Source: a virus. Taken from it: a stretch of 64,000 nucleotides of DNA. Under the pieces are notes generated by a model, which was not told the origin of the DNA, made no database searches, and worked only from the letters and a program-made list of their open reading frames with translations. Made by a program: the position numbers and the translations under genes. Every line of letters starts with the position of its first letter. The first letter of the stretch is position 1. Location of the stretch: the IMG/VR virus record IMGVR_UViG_3300046543_000082, positions 16,257 to 80,256 of that record; one strand, 5' to 3'. This document shows, piece by piece, positions 9,491 to 18,471 of this stretch.

Positions 9491-10471
9491 TCAGCCGTTC
9501 GTGTCGAAAATCGCGCCTTGGGCGTGCTCGTTGCCCAGTTCCAGCGTGTATTCGACGAGCAGTTCCTTCTTGTCCGAGTCACCCGTCTTTGCGAGCGGGA
9601 TCGTCTGGAACGGGCGCAGGTACGCGACGCGCACGTAGTTCGGGTTGATGCCGAACACGTCGCCCGAGTGCGCCAAGAAGATGTCCGGGATGATCTTCAC
9701 GTCGCCGAAGTCCGACTGGTAGATATCGACGGCGGTCTTCAGCGTCTTGTCTTCCACTTCGATGAAGCGCGTTCCCGGACCGGCGAAGGCCGAGATGTTC
9801 TGCTTGTTCGTCGGCGAGACCAGCATGTACTCGGGGCAGTCGCCGGACGACGAGAACACCTTCTGGATCATCGACTTGACCATTGCTTCGGTGATGGCCA
9901 CGGTCGTGCCGTTGTAGGTGCGCGTGTTCGTGCCGTCGGTCCAGCCGTTCGAAGCCAGCGCCGGGTTCGCGCCCGACGGCGAGCCGCCCGTCTGGAACAC
10001 GACGTTGGTCGTCAGGAAGGCCGGCAAGCCAGCGGAATTGCGCGCGACCGACGACGAACCGGCGCTCTTCGCCTGGTTGTAGGTCAGAATGCCTTCCATG
10101 TCGCGCTTCATTTCCTTCGACTTCTTGAGCAACTGGTAGCCCATCTTGTTCGAGCCACCGGCAGCGACGACAGCCTGCGACGTGCCCGAGATCTGGACGA
10201 CCTTCGTCGAGATCTGCGTGTTGTTGCCGATACGAGCCGTCGGCGTGAGCGTCTGAGCGGTCGGATCATCGCCTTCGATGGCCGCATTGCTCAGGTTCTG
10301 CGCGTCGAGCTTGTCGGTGTTCCACTCGTGATTCGTCTGCTTCGCTTCCGTCTTCTTGCACATGTTCAGGAAGGGCGTTTTAAACGGATCAACGTTGTAG
10401 ATTGCGTTGATCAGGTCTTCGCGGATGTTCTTCTGCGTGTAGACCTGGAAGGTATTTGCAGGTACGGACAT
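9491..10471 (-). CDS. Major capsid protein (SU10/DUF5309-like)
   Basis: REDL...IYN.DP..TPF, HEW.TD.L, N.TQI, YLRPF...LAKTGDS motifs; follows scaffold. Confidence 0.85.
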   Translation of the reverse strand: MSVPANTFQVYTQKNIREDLINAIYNVDPFKTPFLNMCKKTEAKQTNHEWNTDKLDAQNLSNAAIEGDDPTAQTLTPTARIGNNTQISTKVVQISGTSQAVVAAGGSNKMGYQLLKKSKEMKRDMEGILTYNQAKSAGSSSVARNSAGLPAFLTTNVVFQTGGSPSGANPALASNGWTDGTNTRTYNGTTVAITEAMVKSMIQKVFSSSGDCPEYMLVSPTNKQNISAFAGPGTRFIEVEDKTLKTAVDIYQSDFGDVKIIPDIFLAHSGDVFGINPNYVRVAYLRPFQTIPLAKTGDSDKKELLVEYTLELGNEHAQGAIFDTNG

Positions 10472-10489
10472 TTTTAACTCCGGTATGGT

Positions 10490-11554
10490 TTAACCAAGCA
10501 AATCGAAGACAGCCGCTTGTGCGTCCATGTCTCTCGGGTTGCGGTTGAATCGTTCAAGAGCGGCCTGACGGCGCGTCTCGTTGGGGTTCGAATCCACCCG
10601 TGATCCCGGTTTCGCCACCACGGGCGCTTGCCGGACCTGCTTCAGTGCTTGGGGCTTCGATGCTTGGAGCGCCTGATAACGCGCCGCGTCGTGCAGAATT
10701 CGCATGTAGCGGTGGTCGTAGATCTGGTTCAACTCGGCATCCTGGAAGCCCAGACTGCGGGCGTACTGCGACATTGCATTTCGGTCTTGCGTGAAAACTT
10801 CGGTGTTGCGCCATTCGGGAATGACGCTGACGAGCTTCTCGCGCTCGCTGGCAATGGCTTGCTGCAATCCCTGCTGGTGCCGCTCGGCTTCCTGATGGGC
10901 TTGCTGCTGCACTGCCGACAGATAGTTCTGGATCTGGCCTTGGCGCTGCTGGAACTCGGTGTTCAGCGCGGCGAACTCAGCCGGGTTCTGCGCGCGGAGA
11001 GCGTTCCAATCGATCGTCTGGTATTCGTGCGTCAGCATCTGCATCGCGAGATTGCCGAGCGCGCTGTTCTGCTGGATTTGCTGCTGGAAAAGCGTGCGCG
11101 CGGCCGTGCGCTCTTGATCGAACTGCGTGCGCTGGTTCGAAAGGTCGATCGACTTGTTGTTGACGTGACCTTCGAGCTGGTACGACTTGAGCACGTCCTG
11201 CAGCGGAACCTGCGTTTCAACGCCGTCGATCTTGGTCGTGACGTGCAAGTTCATGACCGATTCGGGATCGACCTTCATCGAGGTTAGAAGCTCGTCGAGG
11301 CTTTTGTATGCCGGCGCTTCTTCCTGCGCCGCTTCCTTGGCTTCGGGTGCTTCGGTGTTCTCTTGGGCTTGGCGTTGCTCGCCGTCGTCTACAGCGCGGT
11401 TCTCGTCCGTGGACGACGCATGATCCTGTCCGCCTTCCTCGCGCGGAGGAATGCCCTTCGGATCGAATGCGCCCGAATCCCACAAGCCTTGGAACTGGTC
11501 TTCACCGCTCGACTCAACGCCCATGGATTGGGTGGTTGCAACGACATCGCTCAT
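10490..11554 (-). CDS. Capsid scaffolding protein
   Basis: Acidic N-terminus, TKIDGVE..V.L..V..SYQ, IDW.AL...P, IPEW; between portal and MCP. Confidence 0.8.
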   Translation of the reverse strand: MSDVVATTQSMGVESSGEDQFQGLWDSGAFDPKGIPPREEGGQDHASSTDENRAVDDGEQRQAQENTEAPEAKEAAQEEAPAYKSLDELLTSMKVDPESVMNLHVTTKIDGVETQVPLQDVLKSYQLEGHVNNKSIDLSNQRTQFDQERTAARTLFQQQIQQNSALGNLAMQMLTHEYQTIDWNALRAQNPAEFAALNTEFQQRQGQIQNYLSAVQQQAHQEAERHQQGLQQAIASEREKLVSVIPEWRNTEVFTQDRNAMSQYARSLGFQDAELNQIYDHRYMRILHDAARYQALQASKPQALKQVRQAPVVAKPGSRVDSNPNETRRQAALERFNRNPRDMDAQAAVFDLLG

Positions 11555-11569
11555 TTGCTGGCCTCAATG

Positions 11570-11593
11570 AAAAAGGCCACCCGAAGGTGGCCT
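11570..11593 (-). terminator. Intrinsic terminator
   Basis: AGGCCACC-TTCG-GGTGGCCT + T-run on minus strand. Confidence 0.7.
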
Positions 11594-11612
11594 GTGTGGA
11601 AAGTGGTGTTGG

Positions 11613-11894
11613 TTATCCGAAAATCTTGAACCGCTTCTTCGCTTCTTCCTGCTGCGTCACCTGAAACTGTGCGATCTCGCCCGTCTGCTTGATCTGCTCG
11701 AAATACGATTCGAGCGTGTTCCACAGTTGCAGGACCGTGATCAGCCGCGTATGCATGATCTGGTCGGAGAGCGGGACCGCTTCCATCTGGCGCTGAATTC
11801 CTTCGAGCACGGCTTTCTTTGCCTCGACGAAGATCGGCGCATCGAGAACCTGTGCGGCATGACCGCCACGGACGATTTCTTCGTCATTGCCCAC
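11613..11894 (-). CDS. Hypothetical head-region protein
   Basis: 93 aa helical protein overlapping the portal stop. Confidence 0.55.
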   Translation of the reverse strand: MGNDEEIVRGGHAAQVLDAPIFVEAKKAVLEGIQRQMEAVPLSDQIMHTRLITVLQLWNTLESYFEQIKQTGEIAQFQVTQQEEAKKRFKIFG

Positions 11895-14100
11895 GCTGCA
11901 CCTCGCTCACGTCGTGATTGACCATCTGGCCGGCGTCGGCCGCCGCGTTCTGCTTCAACTGCGACGCGACGATCTGGCCGATGATCTTCACGACCGTCTG
12001 CCATTCCTGCGACTGGATCTGTGCGACCTGAATGTCGCGGTCTGCGCCGCCCTGCTGCGCCGCGTGCATCAGTTCGGCCTGCGCCTTCAGTTGCGCCGAG
12101 CGCTCGCCAGCCTGCGCCTGGATCAGATCGCCCAGGAGGCGGTTGTTCTCCGTCGCCTGCTTGCTCTGAGTTTGCATCTGCACCGTCTGCGCGCGCTGCC
12201 CTTCCGACTGGGCCTTGATCTGCGCGACCTGAACGTGCGGATCGGGCGGCGCATGCTGCTTCTGCTGCATCGCCTGCTGGTATTCCTGCGAGTCCGGGTC
12301 CATCGCGAATTCAGACGGGTTCTCGAAGCCGAGCAGGTGCGACACCTTGCGGAACGTGTTGTAGGCTTGCTTCGGGCCAACCAGACCGAACACGGCCAGT
12401 TCCTTCTGCGCCTGACCCAGCAGCATCACGTTCGCGCGCGCTTCCTCGCGGTTGCCCGAGCCGAGGCCGACGTTGATCACCAGTTCGGACCGCTCGCGCC
12501 ACTCAGCCGGATTCGTCGACAGCCATTGCTTGTTGGTCAGCATGACCGTCATCTCTTCGTCCTGATGCCGGCGCAAGAGATTGTGGATCTTCTGGAACAC
12601 GTCTTTGACGCCCTCAGCGAGCAGCCGCGCGACCAGTTCGACCTTGGCTGCCGCCGCCGACATCGAAGCCAACTGGCCGCCCTTGGTGACGTCCTGCAAC
12701 GCATCTGCGTCGACGCCCATCGTGTCCTTGCCGATGCCTGTTCGCATCTCGCGCTGCAAGTCGCAGTACTCCATCGCCGGCAGGATCTGCGCCATCAGGT
12801 TCGACGGCTGCACAAACGGCATGATGTTGTCACCGATCGGCCCGTCGACGCGGATAATCCCGCCCGGACGCGACACAAGCAAGTCCTGCACGTTCACGTT
12901 GCGCCAGTTCACCGCGGTGCGCTGGTTGTTCGAAATGTAGATGTTGTCGAGCGCCTGGCGAAACAGCGTCGTCTTGCTGACCTGCAGATCGTTCAACAGG
13001 TCGTAGTAGCTGATGCCCACGTGCCTATGCGGCATGCGGATCGGCGAGCAGTACGAGAACGAGCCTTCCTCGATCTCCTCGTTTTCGAGGATCTTGTCGC
13101 CGCCCACCACCACGCGCCGAAACTCGGCGATGCCGTCGCCGTCGAAGTCGACGCGGATGTAGTTCGTCCGCACGTCGATCATCTGGCTGGCCGGATCGCT
13201 CGGATTCTCTTCCGAAAGTTGGTCGGTGACTTCGTTCCGCGCCAGCGAGATCAGGTCGAGCCATTCCGGCCGCGCCACGGTGATGGCGTCGATCATGTCC
13301 TTGTCGAAGCCCAGTTCCTTCGCCTCGGTGCGCGACATCGTGCGCATGTGCTGCGTGAATGGAGATTCGTCCAGACCGTGCCGAGCCTGCGGAGACACGC
13401 GCATTTCCTCGGGCGGAACACACTCGACCTTGACGCATCCTTTCTTCGACGTGCGCCGGATCTTGATGTCGAACGATGTCGACTGCTGGGGCGGCCCGCC
13501 CATCGGGTTCGTGATGATGTCGATCGTCTCTTTCTGCTCGAGAACCTCGATCTCATCCTTCGTCTGAAGCAGCATAGCTACTTCGTTCTCGTTCAGGCCG
13601 GTGTACGACTCGACGCTCGTCTTGGTCTTCTTCACCCAATACGAGTTGACGTAGCCGTTGCGCAGCAGCAGCGCGTCCTTGAACATGTCGTGCAGGATGA
13701 AGAAGCCGGGGTTCTGCTTCATGAACACCCAGTTGACGACTTCCGTTTCCTGCTCGGCCTGTTCCTCGTCGCCCGGCGCTTCCGGATCGAACTGCACCGG
13801 CTTGCCCGAGCCGACGAACATGCGCATCAGCGTCGGCATGATCCACTCGACCGTATCGCGCAACTCAGGCAGCACGATCTGCGAGCGATCCTCGACCTCG
13901 TTGCCCATCGGGCGGCCGAAATAGGCGTTCAGCGCGTTGTAGCGGTCGATCTCAAGCGTGGTCATCGTCTGACCGGCCGGCTTGATGTTGCCGCCGACAG
14001 ACGGGCCGGCAGCGACGGACGAGCCGAGGGACGAGCGTTCGTACTGCCCGATCAGCCCGAGCAATTCGTCGTCCGACATGCCCTTCTTCGTCTCAGCCAT
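11884..14100 (-). CDS. Portal protein (podovirus type, long C-terminal coiled coil)
   Basis: Start trimmed to MAETKK; after terL; DTVEWIMP.L.R.F, KDALL..NG, Q-rich helical tail. Confidence 0.85.
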   Translation of the reverse strand: MAETKKGMSDDELLGLIGQYERSSLGSSVAAGPSVGGNIKPAGQTMTTLEIDRYNALNAYFGRPMGNEVEDRSQIVLPELRDTVEWIMPTLMRMFVGSGKPVQFDPEAPGDEEQAEQETEVVNWVFMKQNPGFFILHDMFKDALLLRNGYVNSYWVKKTKTSVESYTGLNENEVAMLLQTKDEIEVLEQKETIDIITNPMGGPPQQSTSFDIKIRRTSKKGCVKVECVPPEEMRVSPQARHGLDESPFTQHMRTMSRTEAKELGFDKDMIDAITVARPEWLDLISLARNEVTDQLSEENPSDPASQMIDVRTNYIRVDFDGDGIAEFRRVVVGGDKILENEEIEEGSFSYCSPIRMPHRHVGISYYDLLNDLQVSKTTLFRQALDNIYISNNQRTAVNWRNVNVQDLLVSRPGGIIRVDGPIGDNIMPFVQPSNLMAQILPAMEYCDLQREMRTGIGKDTMGVDADALQDVTKGGQLASMSAAAAKVELVARLLAEGVKDVFQKIHNLLRRHQDEEMTVMLTNKQWLSTNPAEWRERSELVINVGLGSGNREEARANVMLLGQAQKELAVFGLVGPKQAYNTFRKVSHLLGFENPSEFAMDPDSQEYQQAMQQKQHAPPDPHVQVAQIKAQSEGQRAQTVQMQTQSKQATENNRLLGDLIQAQAGERSAQLKAQAELMHAAQQGGADRDIQVAQIQSQEWQTVVKIIGQIVASQLKQNAAADAGQMVNHDVSEVQRGQ

Positions 14101-14272
14101 TTGCGTCCTTGGGTTTCGGGCCGGGTTTGCGGGCCTCAATGCGTTCGATGCGGAGTTCAAGCTGTGCGATGTACGCGAGCAGTTCGACGCGCGTCATGCC
14201 GCCGAGACCTTGCTCAAGCGTATTGATGCGATGTTCGAGAACCGCGACTTTCGCGTTCAGCGCAATGCTCAT
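14093..14272 (-). CDS. Small coiled-coil protein (59 aa)
   Basis: Read from sequence: MSIALNAKVAVLEHRI...RKPGPKPKDANG; overlaps portal start. Confidence 0.45.
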   Translation of the reverse strand: MSIALNAKVAVLEHRINTLEQGLGGMTRVELLAYIAQLELRIERIEARKPGPKPKDANG

Positions 14273-14337
14273 TTCGTTTTTCGCCTCATTTTGGGCAGTT
14301 CATTTCTTCCAGACCCGCGGGCGTCGCGCGGAATCTG

Positions 14338-15651
14338 CTACGCGATCGACAATTTCGGGTAATTGATGGGCTTCATCTCGACCGGTTCCTGCCACGCGAT
14401 GCACATCAGGCCGAAGCCGTCTGCGCTGTGGCTTGACCAGTCGTGATCAGGACCGAGGCCGATGCCGCGCTCAAGGTCACGCTTCTCGTGATACCAACCG
14501 AGCGCCGAGCGTCCTGCCTCAGTCGTCACGTCGTTGAACCGGATCTGCGGGAACAGCACGCGCGCGCGCTCGATACGAGCCATCGCAGCGCCCTTGCCCT
14601 GATTCGGCACGACCGTGACGCTGTAGCCAGCCTTCCTCAGCGCCGACTCATACGACACGTCGTACACCTTGTCCTGCGTCGAGCCGTCGTGCGGCAGCCA
14701 TATCTGCGCCCTGGACGGCTCGTAACCCTGCGACCGTGCCCAGGCAAGGTGAGCGTCGACGGGCTGCCCTACGGCCTCGTAGTGGTTCACAACGCGCACT
14801 TCGCGCCCGATGAACTGCGCCGCCCAAATGGCGAACGCGTCAGCCTTGGCGCCTGTCCCGCCGATGTCGCAGAACAGCCGAATCGTCATCAGCGGATCAG
14901 CCGGGAAGAATCCGATGCGTCCTTCTTCCTTCGCCTTCTGAAGATGCTTGGCGAAGTACGCGCCCTCAAGCGCTGTGACGAAGCCGCCTTCCCAGATGTG
15001 GTCGTACTGCTCAGGCCGCTCTTCGAGATCGCGCTGCCTGTCGCGCTCAAGCTTGGCCGGGAACTTCGGATTGTCGCGCCAGTTCAGCACAACAATCTTG
15101 ATGCGCGGATCGTTGCTGTTGACCGTGAAACGCTTCTCGACCGGCGCCGTCTTGCGCTTCGGGTTCCATGTGATCCACAACTCTGCGTTCCAGCCCTCGC
15201 CTTCCTCACGCAGCGTCGGAATCAGCGTCGTCCAGGCTTCGTCTGTGACCGGCTCGGCCTCGTCCACCCAGCAGACCAGAATCCGGCCTTTCGACTTGAT
15301 GCTGGCGATGTTCCGATCCAAGCCCGCGAACACGAACGAGATTCGCCCGTCGCGGCTCCTGATGTACCGATCGCCGATCTCGTAATACGACTTCAGGAAC
15401 GGCTCGTCCTCGATCGCGCGCTTGCATTCCTCAAGCGACGAGTCTTCGAGCGAGTTCATGTACTGCCGACCGCACAGCAGAATGCCGCTGATGCCGGACA
15501 TACCGAAGATGTAGCCCTTCACGGCCACCATCTTGGCGAAACTGCGCGTCTTGGCCGAGCCGCGACCACCCTTGGCGCCGCGCACGTCGGCCTCGCCCTC
15601 GAAGACTGGAATTAGCTTCTCGGGGAGCGCGATATGCGCCGTTGCGCTCAC
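14338..15651 (-). CDS. terL: Terminase large subunit (PBSX-like)
   Basis: GGRGSAKT Walker A, WVDEAE Walker B, TWNP, HDWSSHSAD nuclease motif. Confidence 0.92.
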   Translation of the reverse strand: MSATAHIALPEKLIPVFEGEADVRGAKGGRGSAKTRSFAKMVAVKGYIFGMSGISGILLCGRQYMNSLEDSSLEECKRAIEDEPFLKSYYEIGDRYIRSRDGRISFVFAGLDRNIASIKSKGRILVCWVDEAEPVTDEAWTTLIPTLREEGEGWNAELWITWNPKRKTAPVEKRFTVNSNDPRIKIVVLNWRDNPKFPAKLERDRQRDLEERPEQYDHIWEGGFVTALEGAYFAKHLQKAKEEGRIGFFPADPLMTIRLFCDIGGTGAKADAFAIWAAQFIGREVRVVNHYEAVGQPVDAHLAWARSQGYEPSRAQIWLPHDGSTQDKVYDVSYESALRKAGYSVTVVPNQGKGAAMARIERARVLFPQIRFNDVTTEAGRSALGWYHEKRDLERGIGLGPDHDWSSHSADGFGLMCIAWQEPVEMKPINYPKLSIA

Positions 15652-15989
15652 TGTTCGCCCTTCAGCGCGACCAGCGTTACCTGAGTGACTGTCTCGATCG
15701 GGCCACCGTTCGGGCCGCTTGCCTCGACCGGCTGCACCGGCTTGCCGTATCCGCGCTCAATGATCGCCATCGCTGCGGAGAGCTTGTTCCGCTCGTTCTC
15801 GCCTTCCATCATGATGGACTCGATCACCGCGAGCGCTGCGGGCGTTCTGCCCTTACAGGCTGCGATCAGATCAAGCTCTTCTGCGGTGCGCTTCGGCCGG
15901 CCGCCCGGATTGCCTGATACGCCCTTTTTGAACGCAGTTTTCGGTGCGGCTCGCTTTGGCTTGTCTGTTACCTTTCTGTTTTGAGGCAT
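15648..15989 (-). CDS. terS: Terminase small subunit (DUF5681-like N-terminus)
   Basis: FKKGVSGNPGGRPK, RGYGKP.Q.VE.SG..GGPI; overlaps terL. Confidence 0.75.
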   Translation of the reverse strand: MPQNRKVTDKPKRAAPKTAFKKGVSGNPGGRPKRTAEELDLIAACKGRTPAALAVIESIMMEGENERNKLSAAMAIIERGYGKPVQPVEASGPNGGPIETVTQVTLVALKGEQ

Positions 15990-16120
15990 ATCGAGCCGCG
16001 TCCTTTCGGGTAGCGCTCCAGTTTCAACAGGTGCTTAATTTCGTTCTGAGGTATCCCATCGCGACGATCAGCCCGCACAGAACGAGCGCGGCTATCAGTC
16101 GGATGAGGGCTTTCCACATT

Positions 16121-16306
16121 TCAATCGCTGCCCATCTTTTCCCAAGCGTCGTGACTTGCCGGGTGCCGTGCGTCGCTCGTGCGCTTGTTCGTTGCGGTGC
16201 GCTCGCCGCGCTCGGGCATCTTCTTCCCAGTGGGTGCTTTGGCGGCAGGCATAGCCTCGGCCTTCGGTGCGGCCATCATGGGCTTGCGGGTGCTGAACTT
16301 GGCCAT
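16121..16306 (-). CDS. Small basic hypothetical protein
   Basis: 61 aa in late operon leader region. Confidence 0.45.
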   Translation of the reverse strand: MAKFSTRKPMMAAPKAEAMPAAKAPTGKKMPERGERTATNKRTSDARHPASHDAWEKMGSD

Positions 16307-16322
16307 TGCGGTTCCAGTAGGG

Positions 16323-16400
16323 TTAGAAGTGCTTCTCGTGCGGATTGCAGCAGGTCGTCCCGAGCGGGATCAGCCTTGAGCACCAGAAACAGCGATACAT
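16323..16400 (-). CDS. Cys-rich micropeptide (25 aa, MYRCFWCSRLIPLGTTCCNPHEKHF)
   Basis: GGAG SD; homologue at the same position in phage B (56371-56451). Confidence 0.55.
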   Translation of the reverse strand: MYRCFWCSRLIPLGTTCCNPHEKHF

Positions 16401-16410
16401 TTCTGGCTCC

Positions 16411-16437
16411 AAATAAAAACGCCCGCGCGTGGCGGGC
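16411..16437 (-). terminator. tR'-like late leader terminator
   Basis: GCCCGC-loop-GCGGGC + T-run; equivalent at 56463-56490. Confidence 0.7.
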
Positions 16438-16480
16438 AAACCCTGCGGAGGAGAATCGCAGGGGGAGGAGGCAAAAACTC

Positions 16481-16549
16481 AATCTAGCAAAATTGTACGT
16501 TTTAAGAGGGTATGTGTGAACTAGCGAGACGTGAACGTTAGATGTTCAC
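16481..16549 (-). promoter_or_regulatory. pR'-like late promoter with pause-like element and upstream palindrome
   Basis: TTCACA-17-TACAAT, then -10-like TAGATT; GTGAAC-N7-GTTCAC; core identical in phage B. Confidence 0.65.
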
Positions 16550-16752
16550 ACTGACTCTTTGATATCCCATAGGTAGTTCGACATATCTTGAACGCTGTCA
16601 AGTTCGCTTTCTAGCGCGCCTTTGAGTTCTGCTGCGGATTCGGAAAACTCGCTACCGAGAGTCGCCTTCTCGATTTCCGACCTCAGCAGCATCGAATATC
16701 GAATCAGCTTCCCAGCAATCTCACGCGTGTTGTAGCTCATTTTCTTCCTCAC
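16546..16752 (-). CDS. Hypothetical protein unique to phage A
   Basis: Present between late regulator and late promoter only in phage A. Confidence 0.45.
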   Translation of the reverse strand: MRKKMSYNTREIAGKLIRYSMLLRSEIEKATLGSEFSESAAELKGALESELDSVQDMSNYLWDIKESV

Positions 16753-17128
16753 GCTCTGCCACAGGTTGGCCTTCCATCATAGCCCGATATGCGCGGTGCG
16801 CCTCAGCGCGGAACGTGCGGAGCAGCCGATAGAAGTATGAGGTCGAGAATCCCATCTCGTGCGCGATCGCCTTGATGTTCTTGGCGCGGTGCAGGTAGAA
16901 GAGATAGAAGATGAACTTCGACTGGCTTTCCTTCTGAGCGAGAACTGACAAGTTGAAGTAGCTCAGGTTCGCGCTCAGCAGCGCGTCAGGCACTTCGCCG
17001 CCTCCAGATGGTCCGCGCATACGTGCGAGGATGTTGGCAGGCACAGGAGGCGCGAATAGGCGCCGGGAACGATGCCATTCGGCCCAGCGGAGGCAGAACA
17101 GGTGCAATTCTTGGTTTTCTTCGGTCAT
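16721..17128 (-). CDS. Late-gene regulator (Q-like antiterminator/activator)
   Basis: End of nin region, L.RWAEW N-terminus, C-terminal HTH (IKAIAHEMGFSTSYFYRLL). Confidence 0.65.
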   Translation of the reverse strand: MTEENQELHLFCLRWAEWHRSRRLFAPPVPANILARMRGPSGGGEVPDALLSANLSYFNLSVLAQKESQSKFIFYLFYLHRAKNIKAIAHEMGFSTSYFYRLLRTFRAEAHRAYRAMMEGQPVAEREEENELQHA

Positions 17129-17403
17129 TTTCTACCCCCGTAAAGTCGTTCGATCGTCGCCGCTAGGCAATCTAGTTCGCTTACTTTCACCACTTCCCAC
17201 ATGCGGCGCTGGCCGTGGATTCCGTTGAAGCTTCCCTGATGACAGTCTTTGCAGAGAGGAATCACGCAGAATCCTGGGCTTTTCCTTCCTGGCGTGCGGC
17301 CGGCGAGGATGTGATGCGCATCGCTCGGGCCATGCGTGCCGCATACTGCGCAGTCGAGTTCCTTCACGCGCGCAATGTGAAGTCGTTCGGCTGCGGCGGT
17401 CAT
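17125..17403 (-). CDS. Ref-like/HNH-type zinc-binding nuclease
   Basis: CAVC...HH...IPLC..CH motifs; near-identical copy at 57041-57319. Confidence 0.7.
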   Translation of the reverse strand: MTAAAERLHIARVKELDCAVCGTHGPSDAHHILAGRTPGRKSPGFCVIPLCKDCHQGSFNGIHGQRRMWEVVKVSELDCLAATIERLYGGRK

Positions 17404-17801
17404 CCCTCGCTCCCGGAAAACCTCACCTCGTTGTCCGCTGCCCATGCCGTCACATATTCAATCAGGCTGTTCAGCCGCTTCACGCCCATCTGCGCCGACG
17501 ATTCCCGAATATTCACGAACTCGCCTTCCAAGCCTGGGACGATATCGGCGCCCAGCCCAGTCGCCACGGCGTGACCAGAGATAAAGATCACCTTCCATTC
17601 TGCGGGGGTACGCCTCTTGCCGTGAAAACCTATTTGCCTAGCGATGTCGGTGAACATGGCGTGAAGCTTGGCGTTTTGATCCAGCGTGCGCGTCTTGGGC
17701 TTCACTTCCACCACATAACCGGCCGGCGCTCGCGTAACCGCTCTGACAGCCATCTGACGAGCGGTATCGTGCACGAGCGAGAAGAACTGGCGGTCGCTCA
17801 T
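17400..17801 (-). CDS. ninB: NinB-family recombination protein
   Basis: RTLDQNAKLHAMFTDIARQ, EWK..F, PGLEGEFV..RESSAQM motifs. Confidence 0.8.
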   Translation of the reverse strand: MSDRQFFSLVHDTARQMAVRAVTRAPAGYVVEVKPKTRTLDQNAKLHAMFTDIARQIGFHGKRRTPAEWKVIFISGHAVATGLGADIVPGLEGEFVNIRESSAQMGVKRLNSLIEYVTAWAADNEVRFSGSEG

Positions 17802-18010
17802 GTCGGCTCCTGCATCGCCATCCGAGTAGGCCATTTCGCCTGAAGGAAACGCTGGCCTTCTTCCTTCCCGTATCCGTAGGCGGTTCGAAGCCTGTCCTTT
17901 TCCTCGTATGGCAGTCCATTCCAGTTCATGAAATTGAGGAAGTGCTCGAACAGGCAATCTGTCGTGTGCGAATATTTCCCCGGTTCAGCGCAGCCAGCGC
18001 AATCAGTCAT
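17798..18010 (-). CDS. Hypothetical nin-region protein
   Basis: 70 aa, ATGA-coupled. Confidence 0.45.
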   Translation of the reverse strand: MTDCAGCAEPGKYSHTTDCLFEHFLNFMNWNGLPYEEKDRLRTAYGYGKEEGQRFLQAKWPTRMAMQEPT

Positions 18011-18183
18011 TCCGCCTTCTCCTCAAGCACGCGAATCTCAACTGCCGGCCCGTGCGCCTCAAGCAGCGCGACCTGCGCCGCCAGCCATGTCTGCCAGTGC
18101 TTTTCCTTCACCGACGCCAGAAGGCAGCCGCCGGCTTCACGATAAAACTTCTCGAATTGCTCTCTTCCATTTAACGCGCTCAT
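18007..18183 (-). CDS. Hypothetical nin-region protein
   Basis: Start trimmed to MSALNGREQ; homologue at 57657-57848. Confidence 0.55.
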   Translation of the reverse strand: MSALNGREQFEKFYREAGGCLLASVKEKHWQTWLAAQVALLEAHGPAVEIRVLEEKAE

Positions 18184-18392
18184 TTCTGCTCCTCTGTAAG
18201 ACCACGCCAACGGTCCATTTCGTAGATGATCGGCGCACGAAGCATGTCGCGGTCGCTCAGCCGAAAGTCGCCAAGTTTCCAGTAGTAGCGGCGGTTCTTT
18301 TCGTCCGCTCCGTTCTGGTAAATAATCTCCACGTCGTACCAACCCTCTCGGATTGGCGGTGTAGCGCATGGAATCCATTCGGTAAGGTTCAT
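18180..18392 (-). CDS. Hypothetical nin-region protein
   Basis: Same protein sequence as 57982-58194. Confidence 0.65.
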   Translation of the reverse strand: MNLTEWIPCATPPIREGWYDVEIIYQNGADEKNRRYYWKLGDFRLSDRDMLRAPIIYEMDRWRGLTEEQK

Positions 18393-18471
18393 TTCTGCTC
18401 CGGTGCGGGCTTGGTCCAGTCACGGCGTTTCACGCCCATGACGGCGAAGTACGGATCGAAAGTGTCGGGAA

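Noticed and set aside
9458-9493. Stop read-through fusing MCP to the in-frame 781-aa ORF
   Set aside because: A second in-frame stop (TAA) lies in the 33-bp gap and the downstream gene has its own SD-like AAGGGG
11887-14226. Long plus-strand ORFs opposite structural genes (also 2163-3740, 14443-15615, 46912-48084)
   Set aside because: Antisense shadows expected from high-GC codon bias; no motifs or SD support
16516-16549. LexA box
   Set aside because: GTGAAC-N7-GTTCAC does not fit CTGT-N8-ACAG, GAAC-N4-GTTC or GTTC-N7-GTTC
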